Below, in pieces: positions 26,521 to 36,098 of a stretch of 64,000 nucleotides of DNA (its first letter is position 1; every line of letters begins with the position of its first letter). The translations under genes and the position numbers were made by a program. The stretch covers positions 1 through 64,000 of the IMG/VR virus record IMGVR_UViG_3300010373_000001; one strand, 5' to 3'. Origin of the DNA: a virus. The notes below the pieces were generated by a model. That model did not search any database. It worked only from the letters and a program-made list of their open reading frames with translations, and was not told the origin of the DNA.

Positions 26521-28257
26521 CTATTGTGTGTACGGAATATTGTAAACCGGCTGAGCATATGATATACCAAGAGGTACGTGTGCCGCAAGTGTGTTCAGGA
26601 AAGCCTGCTGCTTTACCGCGAACTGATCGTAGTAGTACGAACGTGTCAGTCCTGGTGTGCCGCCAGTCTCCCAGAAATAGTTAGTGCCGAAATCACCGTC
26701 GAAGTAGAAGCTAAGTAGCTGACCCGCTTCTATCAGTACTGCATCCACCCAGAAACTTGTGGGGTATGAAACATCTGATCCAGAGGCACTGATGATTGTG
26801 AAAGTCTGCGTTGATGACGAAGCTGTAAACGTAAAGTTCGGACGGAACCAAACCGTAGTATCAAGATCAGCCGCGTTAGCAGGAACGCCACCGTAAGGTA
26901 TATCACCGTAAGCACCGCCAGTACCATATGGATCGCCAATATCAACACAAGCAGCAGTTCCATTGCCGCAGGCAAGGACAATGTTCTCCAATCCTGGTCC
27001 CGATCTAACGAAAGCACTCAGAATATATTCGTCACCTGTAATCAGGTTGGGAATAGTAATCTGGCAGCCGTCGCTAGCCGCATGCACGGTTACTTTCAGG
27101 CTGCATGTGCCTGAAGTAAATTCGAAGTCATCAAACTCAATGATGTCACCCACTGATACAGTAGTGTCTCGCGTCACTGTTCCCGTGCCTGTTCCTGACC
27201 ACCCTGAGGATGAAACCTCGATGCTTGGGTTAGGGCAGAAGTTAAGACGGTTAGGATGAACTATAGTATTGACTTGCTTAGGTAGCTGGTAGGCAGTAGG
27301 TGCGGGGGTACTTCCTGTTAGCGGCAGAACTTCAGCCTGAATGTTAGCAAGGTTCTGTGTCCCTCCGTGAAGTACGCTAGAGTACTTGAAACCTAGTGCC
27401 ATGTAGGCAGCACGATTCCAGACCGAACTTCCATCTGCTGCTAGCTGGTCTAGCGGAGGATAGAATACACTGTAGATTCTGTTGTAATTGTTAGAAGTAC
27501 CTGACTGAGTACCAGCATTATTCCAGCCGGGATAAGACATGGCAGGATCAGGATCAGTTAGCTCGAAGATACCGAAGCCGGTAAAAGCAGCAAGAGGGTT
27601 CTGTACTCCTGAAAATACAAGATCACCGTGCGACTGGATAGTTCCCTTAGCTACAGTAGCCTGAGATATCTGAGCGATGTCCAGGGCATGAACTATATTA
27701 CCTGCCGAAATAATATTACCAACAGCAGTGACAGGAAACTCAAAGACCTGGATGGACCTGCCGAATGGTAAATCCAGCCACTCACATCCTATCTGATCAC
27801 CATCACAGTAATCATGGGCTGGAGAGTTAGGCTCAATCTGCACACCCGAAATCCAGAACACCGTTGACTGCTTAGTGGTGGTGTAGACAGTCATGAACAG
27901 TTCCTCGCCCGGTGAGGCAGGAATGTCGTTGATGATTATTCTAGTCCACTCGTTCTTCAGGGTAACCGGGAAGGTTGCCTGAAGAGTTCCGCCAGGATCA
28001 ATGGAAACACTGATGTTTATACTGCCTGATCCGATGATGAACAGTGATGCTGAACAGACTGAAGAAGCGGGAATAACACCGCTGATAGTACGGCATCCTT
28101 CACCCGCACTATTTCCAGGGCAGGTTACCCTAAGAGACTGACCGCCGAATAGTGCTTTTGTTTCGTCAAGAAACAGTTCACCGGCAAGAATCTCAGAGTA
28201 ACCCAGAAGCCCCTGCTGGAATGCCGGGTTGGGAATAAGGTTAGTTGTAAATGGCAT
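26521..28257 (-). CDS. baseplate/tail protein with carbohydrate-binding-like jelly-roll domains
   Basis: repeated NLIPNPAF / NFCPNPSIE modules; YCDGD and YFDGD motifs. Confidence 0.7.
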   Translation of the reverse strand: MPFTTNLIPNPAFQQGLLGYSEILAGELFLDETKALFGGQSLRVTCPGNSAGEGCRTISGVIPASSVCSASLFIIGSGSINISVSIDPGGTLQATFPVTLKNEWTRIIINDIPASPGEELFMTVYTTTKQSTVFWISGVQIEPNSPAHDYCDGDQIGCEWLDLPFGRSIQVFEFPVTAVGNIISAGNIVHALDIAQISQATVAKGTIQSHGDLVFSGVQNPLAAFTGFGIFELTDPDPAMSYPGWNNAGTQSGTSNNYNRIYSVFYPPLDQLAADGSSVWNRAAYMALGFKYSSVLHGGTQNLANIQAEVLPLTGSTPAPTAYQLPKQVNTIVHPNRLNFCPNPSIEVSSSGWSGTGTGTVTRDTTVSVGDIIEFDDFEFTSGTCSLKVTVHAASDGCQITIPNLITGDEYILSAFVRSGPGLENIVLACGNGTAACVDIGDPYGTGGAYGDIPYGGVPANAADLDTTVWFRPNFTFTASSSTQTFTIISASGSDVSYPTSFWVDAVLIEAGQLLSFYFDGDFGTNYFWETGGTPGLTRSYYYDQFAVKQQAFLNTLAAHVPLGISYAQPVYNIPYTQ

Positions 28258-30320
28258 CAGGTGTTCTCCACAATTGGTCCGTGGAATGTAGCGCTCTGGT
28301 TGAAGGTGGAAGTGGTAGCCAGAACAGAAGTTCCATTCTTAAGTACAGTGATGGAAGATCCGTTAAGCTGCACCACCATCCTATCACCGGGCGCAAAAGT
28401 TGATGAATAAGTTCCGAGTGTTGTCCAGACTCCACCGTTGTTAGTCCTTAGTGTCGAGTAGTCTGCCCTGATATAGTGTGTGTCATCTGTCCACCGCAAA
28501 GCAAGTCCCTGTGACTGCCCGCCTTCAGGTCCGGTTAGGAATGTGACTCCAACCTGAGTATCACTTACCCCGCTGCTGATCATAGCTGATGTTCTCTGCC
28601 CAACCATACCAGGATAGATGCAGCCATTAGCGAACGGCGAAAGTTTAAAGGTTCCGGCTTCCTGAATCCAGGTAAAGTTACCGTCGTCAGTTGTCCTGCC
28701 GTTAAGATTTGTTCCTGCTTTGTTGCAGAAGGAATCGAATGCCAGTTTGTCAGGTGTTGCTGCTGTTCCTGGTGACGGATTGCGGGCAAACACCCTGGAG
28801 ATAAGATTACCTGTGCTGTCATACCATTCAACGAACGGGGTAACCTGCACGGCTGCTGAGCCGGTTGAGTACTGGCTGATGCAGATAGGATATCTTGGCT
28901 CGGGCGAAACTGGCTGCCAATCAAGGGAAGGTGCCGCGTTATACGGTGGCTGTGATCCCTTTGATGCTCTCAGAGCAATGAAAGGCTGACCGCTGAAGGT
29001 TACTATGTCGTCAGTGTGATAGAACTTAGCAGAGTCCCAGGCAATATCAGGCAGCGAGAAGGGAACAGGAATACCATCAGCAATAACCTGATAGATATCA
29101 GGAGAGTAAGGGGCCGCCACTGAAGTAGCTTCAGCGGAAGTTCTGGAGATGGATCTTACCCATAGATCCTGGCTGCTTGATCCTGCCTGATTGATAATTC
29201 TCAGGCTTGAGGTTCTGAAGAACGCAGAGTTGGACGGTGACGGTACACCTAGCGTCTGCTGAATAGAGTTAGCTATCGGCGTGCCGTTTGTCACGATAGG
29301 GTAGATAACTTCCCAGGTATTAATTCCGCCCGTAACTGAGTTGGCTAGATCAACAGTGTCGTTAACGTTAATAATAGCCTGCCACCATGTATTGCTGGAT
29401 GACGTGCCAGTAGGAGCATTGCCTCTGTTCCCGGCAAGGATGCACTGATACCAGTAGTTCGTGCCGAAGGAAACTCTTTCTCCCACGATGTACTCAGTGT
29501 TGTTAAACCATACTGGGTAGTTAGGATCAGTGAATCCTGACTGATCGTTCTCCAGCATTATATTGTTGCCGATTTGCAGGTCAGAGTTCCATCCTGTCAG
29601 GGCAGAGACTTCTGTCTCGATACCTGTGACAGTCCCGCGCTTCTTATTGATGTCCGCGTTGAAGTAGATAGCCTTGCGCAAAGTGTAAGGATGGATGTCA
29701 GGATTGATATTGATACCAAGTTCCTGAGCTAGAGAGTACAGATCTGTTAGCGGTATCTTCCAGGGATTGTTGATATCCCTGTAAGTTGCGTACTGAGTAC
29801 GTAACAGATCCATACCCCATCCTATGACCTGCATGTACTTCTCAAGGAAAATATTCCCGGTGAAGTCAGCAGTCAGTTCATCGCCTGATGATGCGGCATT
29901 AGTGAAGTAGCCGGGCATCAGGTTAATCATCCACTCAGTTGTGCTGAAGTCAGCAATCGCAAGGCATGCTGTTAACCCAGACCTCACCCATACATTACCC
30001 TCGAAGTCCAGCAGAACATAGATGCCGTAGTAGTGATACGACCCAGGCAGAACTGTATGATCTTTGAAGAAACTGCCAGGATAGTTCTCTGAGTCGAACA
30101 GTATGTCCCCGTCATCCTCGTCAACAGGGTAGCCAAATCTGTTCCTGATCAGTCTGTAAGCAAGGATAGTTCCCTTGGGCTTAGTCCACGTCAGGTAGAT
30201 TGTCTGATAATCTACCGACGCGGAAGTAAACGGCTCAACCCTGTAGTCAGGAGGGGTAGAGAAACCATAGTATCCCTCAGTAGGCTGAGTTCCGTATTTG
30301 GTAACGCCGTAAACAGCCAT
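28257..30320 (-). CDS. baseplate wedge / tail protein I-like with CBM5/12-like repeats
   Basis: LYSLAQELG..KRGTVTGI; WFNNTEYIVGERV and WDSAKFYHTDDIV repeats. Confidence 0.7.
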   Translation of the reverse strand: MAVYGVTKYGTQPTEGYYGFSTPPDYRVEPFTSASVDYQTIYLTWTKPKGTILAYRLIRNRFGYPVDEDDGDILFDSENYPGSFFKDHTVLPGSYHYYGIYVLLDFEGNVWVRSGLTACLAIADFSTTEWMINLMPGYFTNAASSGDELTADFTGNIFLEKYMQVIGWGMDLLRTQYATYRDINNPWKIPLTDLYSLAQELGININPDIHPYTLRKAIYFNADINKKRGTVTGIETEVSALTGWNSDLQIGNNIMLENDQSGFTDPNYPVWFNNTEYIVGERVSFGTNYWYQCILAGNRGNAPTGTSSSNTWWQAIINVNDTVDLANSVTGGINTWEVIYPIVTNGTPIANSIQQTLGVPSPSNSAFFRTSSLRIINQAGSSSQDLWVRSISRTSAEATSVAAPYSPDIYQVIADGIPVPFSLPDIAWDSAKFYHTDDIVTFSGQPFIALRASKGSQPPYNAAPSLDWQPVSPEPRYPICISQYSTGSAAVQVTPFVEWYDSTGNLISRVFARNPSPGTAATPDKLAFDSFCNKAGTNLNGRTTDDGNFTWIQEAGTFKLSPFANGCIYPGMVGQRTSAMISSGVSDTQVGVTFLTGPEGGQSQGLALRWTDDTHYIRADYSTLRTNNGGVWTTLGTYSSTFAPGDRMVVQLNGSSITVLKNGTSVLATTSTFNQSATFHGPIVENT

Positions 30321-30323
30321 GTA

Positions 30324-31028
30324 TCAGCCTGACGTGAAGTTTCCTGTGAATGAACTTACCATGCAAGCCTTGACTGACAGGTTGGTAATGTTCTGGTTAG
30401 CATTAGTCGTGCCGTTTTCTGATACGCCGCTGATTCTGTCTCCCTTGTGTGCTGGACCTTGCCACCATACGGTAGAGTTAAGCGGACGCCTTCCGAATAG
30501 CTGCCATCTGCCGGGAATTCCGCCGAAGATATTATTGCCGGGGAATTCCCAGTTGATCAGGTGATCAGAAAGAATGTTGTTAAGTCCGTTAAGACACAGA
30601 CGGAAGTGAGAAAATCCTATGTCCCACCAGTCCCACGTCTGGGTAGCGGTAACAATCCACCAGCCATCAGCCGGGAAAGTAATGTCAGTACCGTTGTGCA
30701 TCTTGTGCGGATCGAAATCTGGCTTATAGAAATTCAGATTACCGCCAGTGTTATTAGCACAAGTGATCTTCTGCTGTGTCAGTGAGCACACCGGCATCTG
30801 ACGGTTGGTCATAGCGTCAGTGATTCTCTGGCTGACTGTCTGGTATGCAATTGGAGTACCCAGAGGGGGTGATGGTTCTATCTGGGGATTGGTTCCCAGT
30901 GTGCTTTCGATAGCGATAGTCTCTGCCGCGATACTATTCGGGTCGATAGCGAAAACAATATTTTGCTGGTCAATCTTGTCTGTCCAGCTAAAAACCCCGT
31001 TAGGGTAAAGGGCCTGGATTGAACTCAT
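30324..31028 (-). CDS. tail/baseplate-associated protein
   Basis: position after baseplate J; AIESTLGTNP. Confidence 0.6.
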   Translation of the reverse strand: MSSIQALYPNGVFSWTDKIDQQNIVFAIDPNSIAAETIAIESTLGTNPQIEPSPPLGTPIAYQTVSQRITDAMTNRQMPVCSLTQQKITCANNTGGNLNFYKPDFDPHKMHNGTDITFPADGWWIVTATQTWDWWDIGFSHFRLCLNGLNNILSDHLINWEFPGNNIFGGIPGRWQLFGRRPLNSTVWWQGPAHKGDRISGVSENGTTNANQNITNLSVKACMVSSFTGNFTSG

Positions 31029-31035
31029 ATGTTCC

Positions 31036-32556
31036 TCACTCGTTATTGATTCCGCCTGTAGCGGTGATGAAAATAGTTCCAGCTACAGGAACTTCCGAGG
31101 CCCTGAACTGAAGCGGGTTAGTGTTTGACTGAGTGACATCTGTCCTGGTCATGATGTTTACATTAACGTAAGATACACCAGCTACGGCCATGATAGCGGC
31201 GTAAACATCTGACACATTAAGAAGTGTGCCGAACGTGGTTGACGGCGGGCTGATCAGTGCTTGCAAAGCTGTGGTCACATTCGCCACTACTACAGCCTGA
31301 CTGTAGTTGTCCTTAACGTTCAGGGTAATCCCGTTAGATACAGCACCGATATTCACCGGGATAAGTGCGGGTGTTCCAATGGTTACCACTACACCAGCCA
31401 GTGTCTTGTCCTGAAAGTACTCAAGAATATTAGTGCTCAGACCGCTGGAAGGTGCCTGGTAGTTAGGACCAAGAACGTACAGTGTGACAGAAGTAGAGTG
31501 GTTTGAGATAGCAGATGACTTCAGTACTCCCGGCACATTCAGGGCAAGATTAGCAAAGTCCTGAACTGATACCGCTCTCTGCTGGGTAGTATAAGACAGT
31601 GGAGCATTGGCTCTGATCTGATCGTTAGTCTCAGGATCAGACCCTCCTGTCATTGCTGTTGCCTGGTAGAGAGTAGAACCCTCTGATAGTGCGGGAATTG
31701 ATACCCCTGTGATTGGGGTAACCATGATCCCTACTGAACCCATAGGCTGATTACCTGCTGAACCCTGACCGATAGTAAAGGAAGCATAAATAGTCTGCCC
31801 GATACCAGGAATCTCACCGTTAAGGTTGTCACCGAATGTGATGTTAGTTATGTTATTCTCGTCAACGAATAGAGAGTAAACTTGCTCGTCTGCCCCGGAA
31901 TCTACCAGGAAGGTAACCTGATTCCATAGAACAGGAGTAGTCACGGACGAAACGAATACAGAAACAGAACCATCTTCTACAAGTGGCTGCGGAATCTGGA
32001 ATGACTGTCCCGCTGTTCCGTCTGAAACACCTATGATCTGCTGTGTAGTTGTGACTCCCTGCCTTACATCTACGGTTGCTGTTCCTCCTCCTGACGGTAC
32101 GTCAAGATCAGCAAGTGTTTCGTAGATGACTGGGGAATCAGAGTTAAGCTGAAAGCTTGTGGAAAGCTGAGTACCGGCCGGGACAATAACATCTTCAATA
32201 GTAGTAGCATCGGTCTGGAAAGTTACTGTACCTGTAGCGGGAGATCCCTGTGTTGGTATGTAACCTAGAAGCTGAGCGATATTAAGGATGCTTCTTCTCT
32301 GCGTGGCTGTTGCAAGATATGATTCCTGAGTCAGCCTGTCACCGTAGAAGGAAAGGATGTCACCCAGATAGGCAACAAGCTCAACAAGCATGACACCGAA
32401 GTCACCCTCGGAAGTTGTGTCCCATTCTGGCATGATGATTGATGCGTAGGTAAGCATCGAGTTAACGAAGCCTTCCCAGTCCTTTGACGTGTAATCAATA
32501 GAAGAGGGAACCTGAAGTACCGGAAAGAACGCTAGGTTCGGTTGTGTTGTTGCCAT
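31036..32556 (-). CDS. baseplate J / gp6-like wedge protein
   Basis: IDYTSKD, LATATQRRS, FGDNLNG, GGSDPET..IR, QRAVS. Confidence 0.9.
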   Translation of the reverse strand: MATTQPNLAFFPVLQVPSSIDYTSKDWEGFVNSMLTYASIIMPEWDTTSEGDFGVMLVELVAYLGDILSFYGDRLTQESYLATATQRRSILNIAQLLGYIPTQGSPATGTVTFQTDATTIEDVIVPAGTQLSTSFQLNSDSPVIYETLADLDVPSGGGTATVDVRQGVTTTQQIIGVSDGTAGQSFQIPQPLVEDGSVSVFVSSVTTPVLWNQVTFLVDSGADEQVYSLFVDENNITNITFGDNLNGEIPGIGQTIYASFTIGQGSAGNQPMGSVGIMVTPITGVSIPALSEGSTLYQATAMTGGSDPETNDQIRANAPLSYTTQQRAVSVQDFANLALNVPGVLKSSAISNHSTSVTLYVLGPNYQAPSSGLSTNILEYFQDKTLAGVVVTIGTPALIPVNIGAVSNGITLNVKDNYSQAVVVANVTTALQALISPPSTTFGTLLNVSDVYAAIMAVAGVSYVNVNIMTRTDVTQSNTNPLQFRASEVPVAGTIFITATGGINNE

Positions 32557-32951
32557 TATTCATTAACCACCGTGCCACCGACAAGAACGGTAGCTGTAAG
32601 GACAGGAGTGAAAGCCTGATCAGCGGACTGAGTAAACTCGACATCAACATTGACGATGCCAACTTCTGCTTGCGACACGTCAGGAATGACATCAATTACG
32701 TTAATGTTTGGTTCCCATCTAGCTAGTTGTCCTGAAATATCGTTCTTGATTTCTACAGTGGCAGTCTCAACTCCCGGACTGAAAAGATATGCCGGAAGGT
32801 CTACACCGTAGTCACCGAGCATAACTCTTTCCCTAGGTGGAGTCTCAACAATAGACTCGACTCTCTGGAGAGCTATGCGATCAGGGTCAGTCGTAGTAGC
32901 AATTGTGCCCTGAGGTGTCAGAGCGAATGGATTAAGAAAATTTCTGCCCAT
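32556..32951 (-). CDS. gp25/GPW-family baseplate wedge (sheath initiator)
   Basis: TPPRERVMLGDYG..RWEPNI. Confidence 0.85.
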   Translation of the reverse strand: MGRNFLNPFALTPQGTIATTTDPDRIALQRVESIVETPPRERVMLGDYGVDLPAYLFSPGVETATVEIKNDISGQLARWEPNINVIDVIPDVSQAEVGIVNVDVEFTQSADQAFTPVLTATVLVGGTVVNE

Positions 32952-32954
32952 GTT

Positions 32955-33872
32955 TTATGCCGTTGCTGGGATAGTATGATGGAAACTTATTTGTGTGACG
33001 TGCGAATTAACGTTGAGCAGCGAAAGATTTCCGCTTGTATCTATTTTAATGCACGGCTGATTGTAGTTAATGTTCGTTGTCTGAGCGCTTACTGACGAGC
33101 CGGAAACATTAACGTTGCCGTTGTTCAGGGTAAGAGCACCAGAGTTCAGTGTGATATTGGATGCTCCCGCGTTGTTGGAGAACTGCTGACCACCAGGACC
33201 GAACTGGAATGGCAGGGAACCTGAAGTAATCGTGAAGTTACCTGTAGGAATCTGAGTACCTGAGTCAACACTACCATGAATGTTGTTCAGTGTCCCGGTT
33301 GTGTCAGTAAGAGAACCTGATGTACTCGACGTAAATCCTGTCGTGACTGTGTTGGATACAGCAGCAGCACCAGTTACAGCAGTTGCCGGGAAGTAATGAA
33401 CGTGAGCAGGAGTGTTAGTAATCGTGGCAATGACTGTGTTATCTGTAGTCGTACCGCTCTGGATATTACCGATCACTTCTATATCACCAGAGGAAGTCAG
33501 CCTGAACTGTGCTGGTACAGCACCAGATACATTGCTCCATCCACCAGAGAGTGTCATCGTGTTAAACGGTGTGGTTGTGACAATTGGCGGGAAAGATGTG
33601 CCTGCCACATAGTATACCGGCCTGTTTATGTCCCCGCCAATAAATGCACAGGTAATATACTCACCGATGGCAGGTACGCCTTTGGTATGAGGGGGAGACA
33701 TTCTCTCTGCCCAGTTTGAGATGGCTGTACCTAGAACCTGAGGCACGCGCATTTCTATACGTGCTTGCCCTAAGGGATCTCTGTTGTTATAGCAGAGCGC
33801 TCCGTACACACCGAAAAGCCGGTGCTGTGGGTCAGCGCCAACTCTGTCGAGAATTCTTCCTGTGTTAGTCAT
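32955..33872 (-). CDS. baseplate spike (gpV/gp5 OB-fold) with C-terminal extension
   Basis: DPLGQARI..VPQV..WA..PAIGE..FIGGDINRP. Confidence 0.85.
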   Translation of the reverse strand: MTNTGRILDRVGADPQHRLFGVYGALCYNNRDPLGQARIEMRVPQVLGTAISNWAERMSPPHTKGVPAIGEYITCAFIGGDINRPVYYVAGTSFPPIVTTTPFNTMTLSGGWSNVSGAVPAQFRLTSSGDIEVIGNIQSGTTTDNTVIATITNTPAHVHYFPATAVTGAAAVSNTVTTGFTSSTSGSLTDTTGTLNNIHGSVDSGTQIPTGNFTITSGSLPFQFGPGGQQFSNNAGASNITLNSGALTLNNGNVNVSGSSVSAQTTNINYNQPCIKIDTSGNLSLLNVNSHVTQISFHHTIPATA

Positions 33873-35050
33873 CTTGTCACGCCGTCATAAATTACAGCCT
33901 GGTTTGCGCTCACCCATAGATTCTGCTGTAGTTTACAGGTTGTAAACTCCGGTGTTATTTTAGCCGCATTCTTGATTTTAGGGATAGTGCCACCAGTATT
34001 GCGAAGGATTTCCACGCGGGAGATATATCTGTCAGCCACAGAGTATGTTGTGTAAGAAGATTTAAGGACATGTGTTACTGCTCCTACAATCCAGTATCCT
34101 TGTGTGTCTACCGGCATCTGCAAACCCTGTAGCAGAATCATCTTGCCCGGATAGACCAGGGTAGTACCGAAAAGTTCTGCTGTAGCACTGATCCACCACT
34201 GAGACAGTCCTTGCCAGGCATTGATTCTCCTGTGCCCCTCGTTAAGAGAGGTTACATAGTGCTCAGAGGTAATCTCATCAAGGATAGGTGACTGATCTGG
34301 CATGGCCTTAACGTGGAAGATATTTCCTGTGTGTTTATCAAGACCATACAGTGAGCGCTGAGAGATAGTTGCTCCGGGAAGGTTACCGCCCTCATGCAAG
34401 CGGAATTCTCTCATAGTATCTTGCTTGGTGTAAAGCTTGTCCATCCTGTACTGAGGCACAGCTACCTTAGATGCTGAGTCAAGTACAGCGGCAGGATCTA
34501 TGTAGTACAGAGTACCACCGGAAACCCAGAAGCGGTAGCCTACCTTGTTGGCAATTCTTTTCAGGAAGCTGAAGTCAGACTCATTACCCTGAACTTCATA
34601 AGGCAGAACCCAGTCGCTCTTAGTCAGCACGGCTCTCATGCCGTACTCATGAGCAATCTTCTTAGCCAGGTAAGTTGGGGTAACTTCTCCCCATCTTCTG
34701 CTCTTGTCAGTATTCATCGGCTTTGATGTGCCTGTGCATACGTAAGTTATCTGCAAGGCTTTCGAGCCGGAATCGGCGTTGTCATCTACCTTGTGGTGAT
34801 TGACGTAGCCGTACCACGTAGCTATATTAGCAGGTCTTCTGCCCCAGACAATCTCGACAGGAGCATTGTCCTTCCACAGCTTCATGATGTTCAGGTCAGT
34901 CTTGTTCCTGAAGTACTCAATCCTGATGAAGAAAAGATCATGCTCTCCCCACGCCTGGCGTAGTTCTACGTCAAGCGGCTTGTCCTTGATCGGCACACCG
35001 TTAACCTTAATCGAGTAGATTACCGGCCCGACTGGTACTGCTTTTGCCAT
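33869..35050 (-). CDS. baseplate hub (gpD/VgrG-like)
   Basis: QGNESDFSFLKRIANKVGY; YWIV..VTH. Confidence 0.85.
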   Translation of the reverse strand: MAKAVPVGPVIYSIKVNGVPIKDKPLDVELRQAWGEHDLFFIRIEYFRNKTDLNIMKLWKDNAPVEIVWGRRPANIATWYGYVNHHKVDDNADSGSKALQITYVCTGTSKPMNTDKSRRWGEVTPTYLAKKIAHEYGMRAVLTKSDWVLPYEVQGNESDFSFLKRIANKVGYRFWVSGGTLYYIDPAAVLDSASKVAVPQYRMDKLYTKQDTMREFRLHEGGNLPGATISQRSLYGLDKHTGNIFHVKAMPDQSPILDEITSEHYVTSLNEGHRRINAWQGLSQWWISATAELFGTTLVYPGKMILLQGLQMPVDTQGYWIVGAVTHVLKSSYTTYSVADRYISRVEILRNTGGTIPKIKNAAKITPEFTTCKLQQNLWVSANQAVIYDGVTR

Positions 35051-35322
35051 TAGATGTTAGGGATTCTGATAATAGTTCCTGCGGTCAGAACTGTCCAGTC
35101 CATGATTTCCGGATTGGCGTCAGCAATTCTCCACCATACCTTAGAGTCTCCGTAAAAAGCATGAGAGATCAGATCTACTCTGTCCAGTCCCTTGACCATG
35201 TAGTTAATGTAATTGAACGTATAGCTGGAAGGATCTCCGGGCACAATGACAATCCTGTCTCCCGTTTTTGTACTTACGGTAACAAGATCAGAGTCAGAGT
35301 ACCTTGACTCGTCAGATATCAT
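35050..35322 (-). CDS. LysM/gpX-like tail protein
   Basis: DRVDLISHAFYGDSKVWWRIADANP..GTIIRIP. Confidence 0.85.
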   Translation of the reverse strand: MISDESRYSDSDLVTVSTKTGDRIVIVPGDPSSYTFNYINYMVKGLDRVDLISHAFYGDSKVWWRIADANPEIMDWTVLTAGTIIRIPNI

Positions 35323-36098
35323 CTGCCAGACCTTCCTGAGTTTGTAGTAGGGGGTGTTACGCCTGGATGAAGAACAGGACCACCACCGGGCCTAGGATTA
35401 GTGACAGGACCACTGCCGAATCCTTTACCTGGATCTGCTGTCTGTTCTTTCGGCGGAAGCATGGTGAAGGAAATATCCATAACACATCTCATGGGAATCA
35501 TCTTCTGGGTGAAGTGCGTAACAGTCACGTCCCACTCAGAAACATAACCAAAGTAAGCAAGTACCGCACCATCACCGAAATAAACGTAAGCCGGGATAAG
35601 CTGCATGATTCCCTGATGTCCAGCAAAACTTGATGAACTGATAGTGTTGGTTACTTTACCACTGGTTGTGTATCCCATAGTCATGCCAGTGAACTGCTGC
35701 ATTGCAAAGATGTCAGCCATCACGCCAACTACTGAAGGATCGCTAGTGCTGCTCCCATTCTTAGCTGTTCCGTTAGCTGTGTACGATCCCCACAGTTCAT
35801 AGGTTCTATCGTAGAGCAGTGACCATGATACAGTCTGGCTCAGCGGAACCCTTAGGTCTGATGTATCTCCCGGCACGGGGAACTGCAATGTTGCCCCGAA
35901 GTTTTGGTTGATAGAGTAGCTTGCCTCTACTGTTGCCGGATTATACAGGAAGTTAACTCTAGCCTTGCCGCCGAGATTAGGATTAGATGATTCCCAGACC
36001 ATCGTGCCTCTCTTGAGCTTGCCAAACTCTCTTCCCTCAAGAGGGAACTGAAGAGTCTTGATCCTGTCATCAAAATCCGGCTGAATATAAACCGTCAT
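35319..36098 (-). CDS. tail tube initiator-like protein
   Basis: FLYNP, LLYDRT, THFTQKMIPMRC; follows the tape measure. Confidence 0.7.
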   Translation of the reverse strand: MTVYIQPDFDDRIKTLQFPLEGREFGKLKRGTMVWESSNPNLGGKARVNFLYNPATVEASYSINQNFGATLQFPVPGDTSDLRVPLSQTVSWSLLYDRTYELWGSYTANGTAKNGSSTSDPSVVGVMADIFAMQQFTGMTMGYTTSGKVTNTISSSSFAGHQGIMQLIPAYVYFGDGAVLAYFGYVSEWDVTVTHFTQKMIPMRCVMDISFTMLPPKEQTADPGKGFGSGPVTNPRPGGGPVLHPGVTPPTTNSGRSGR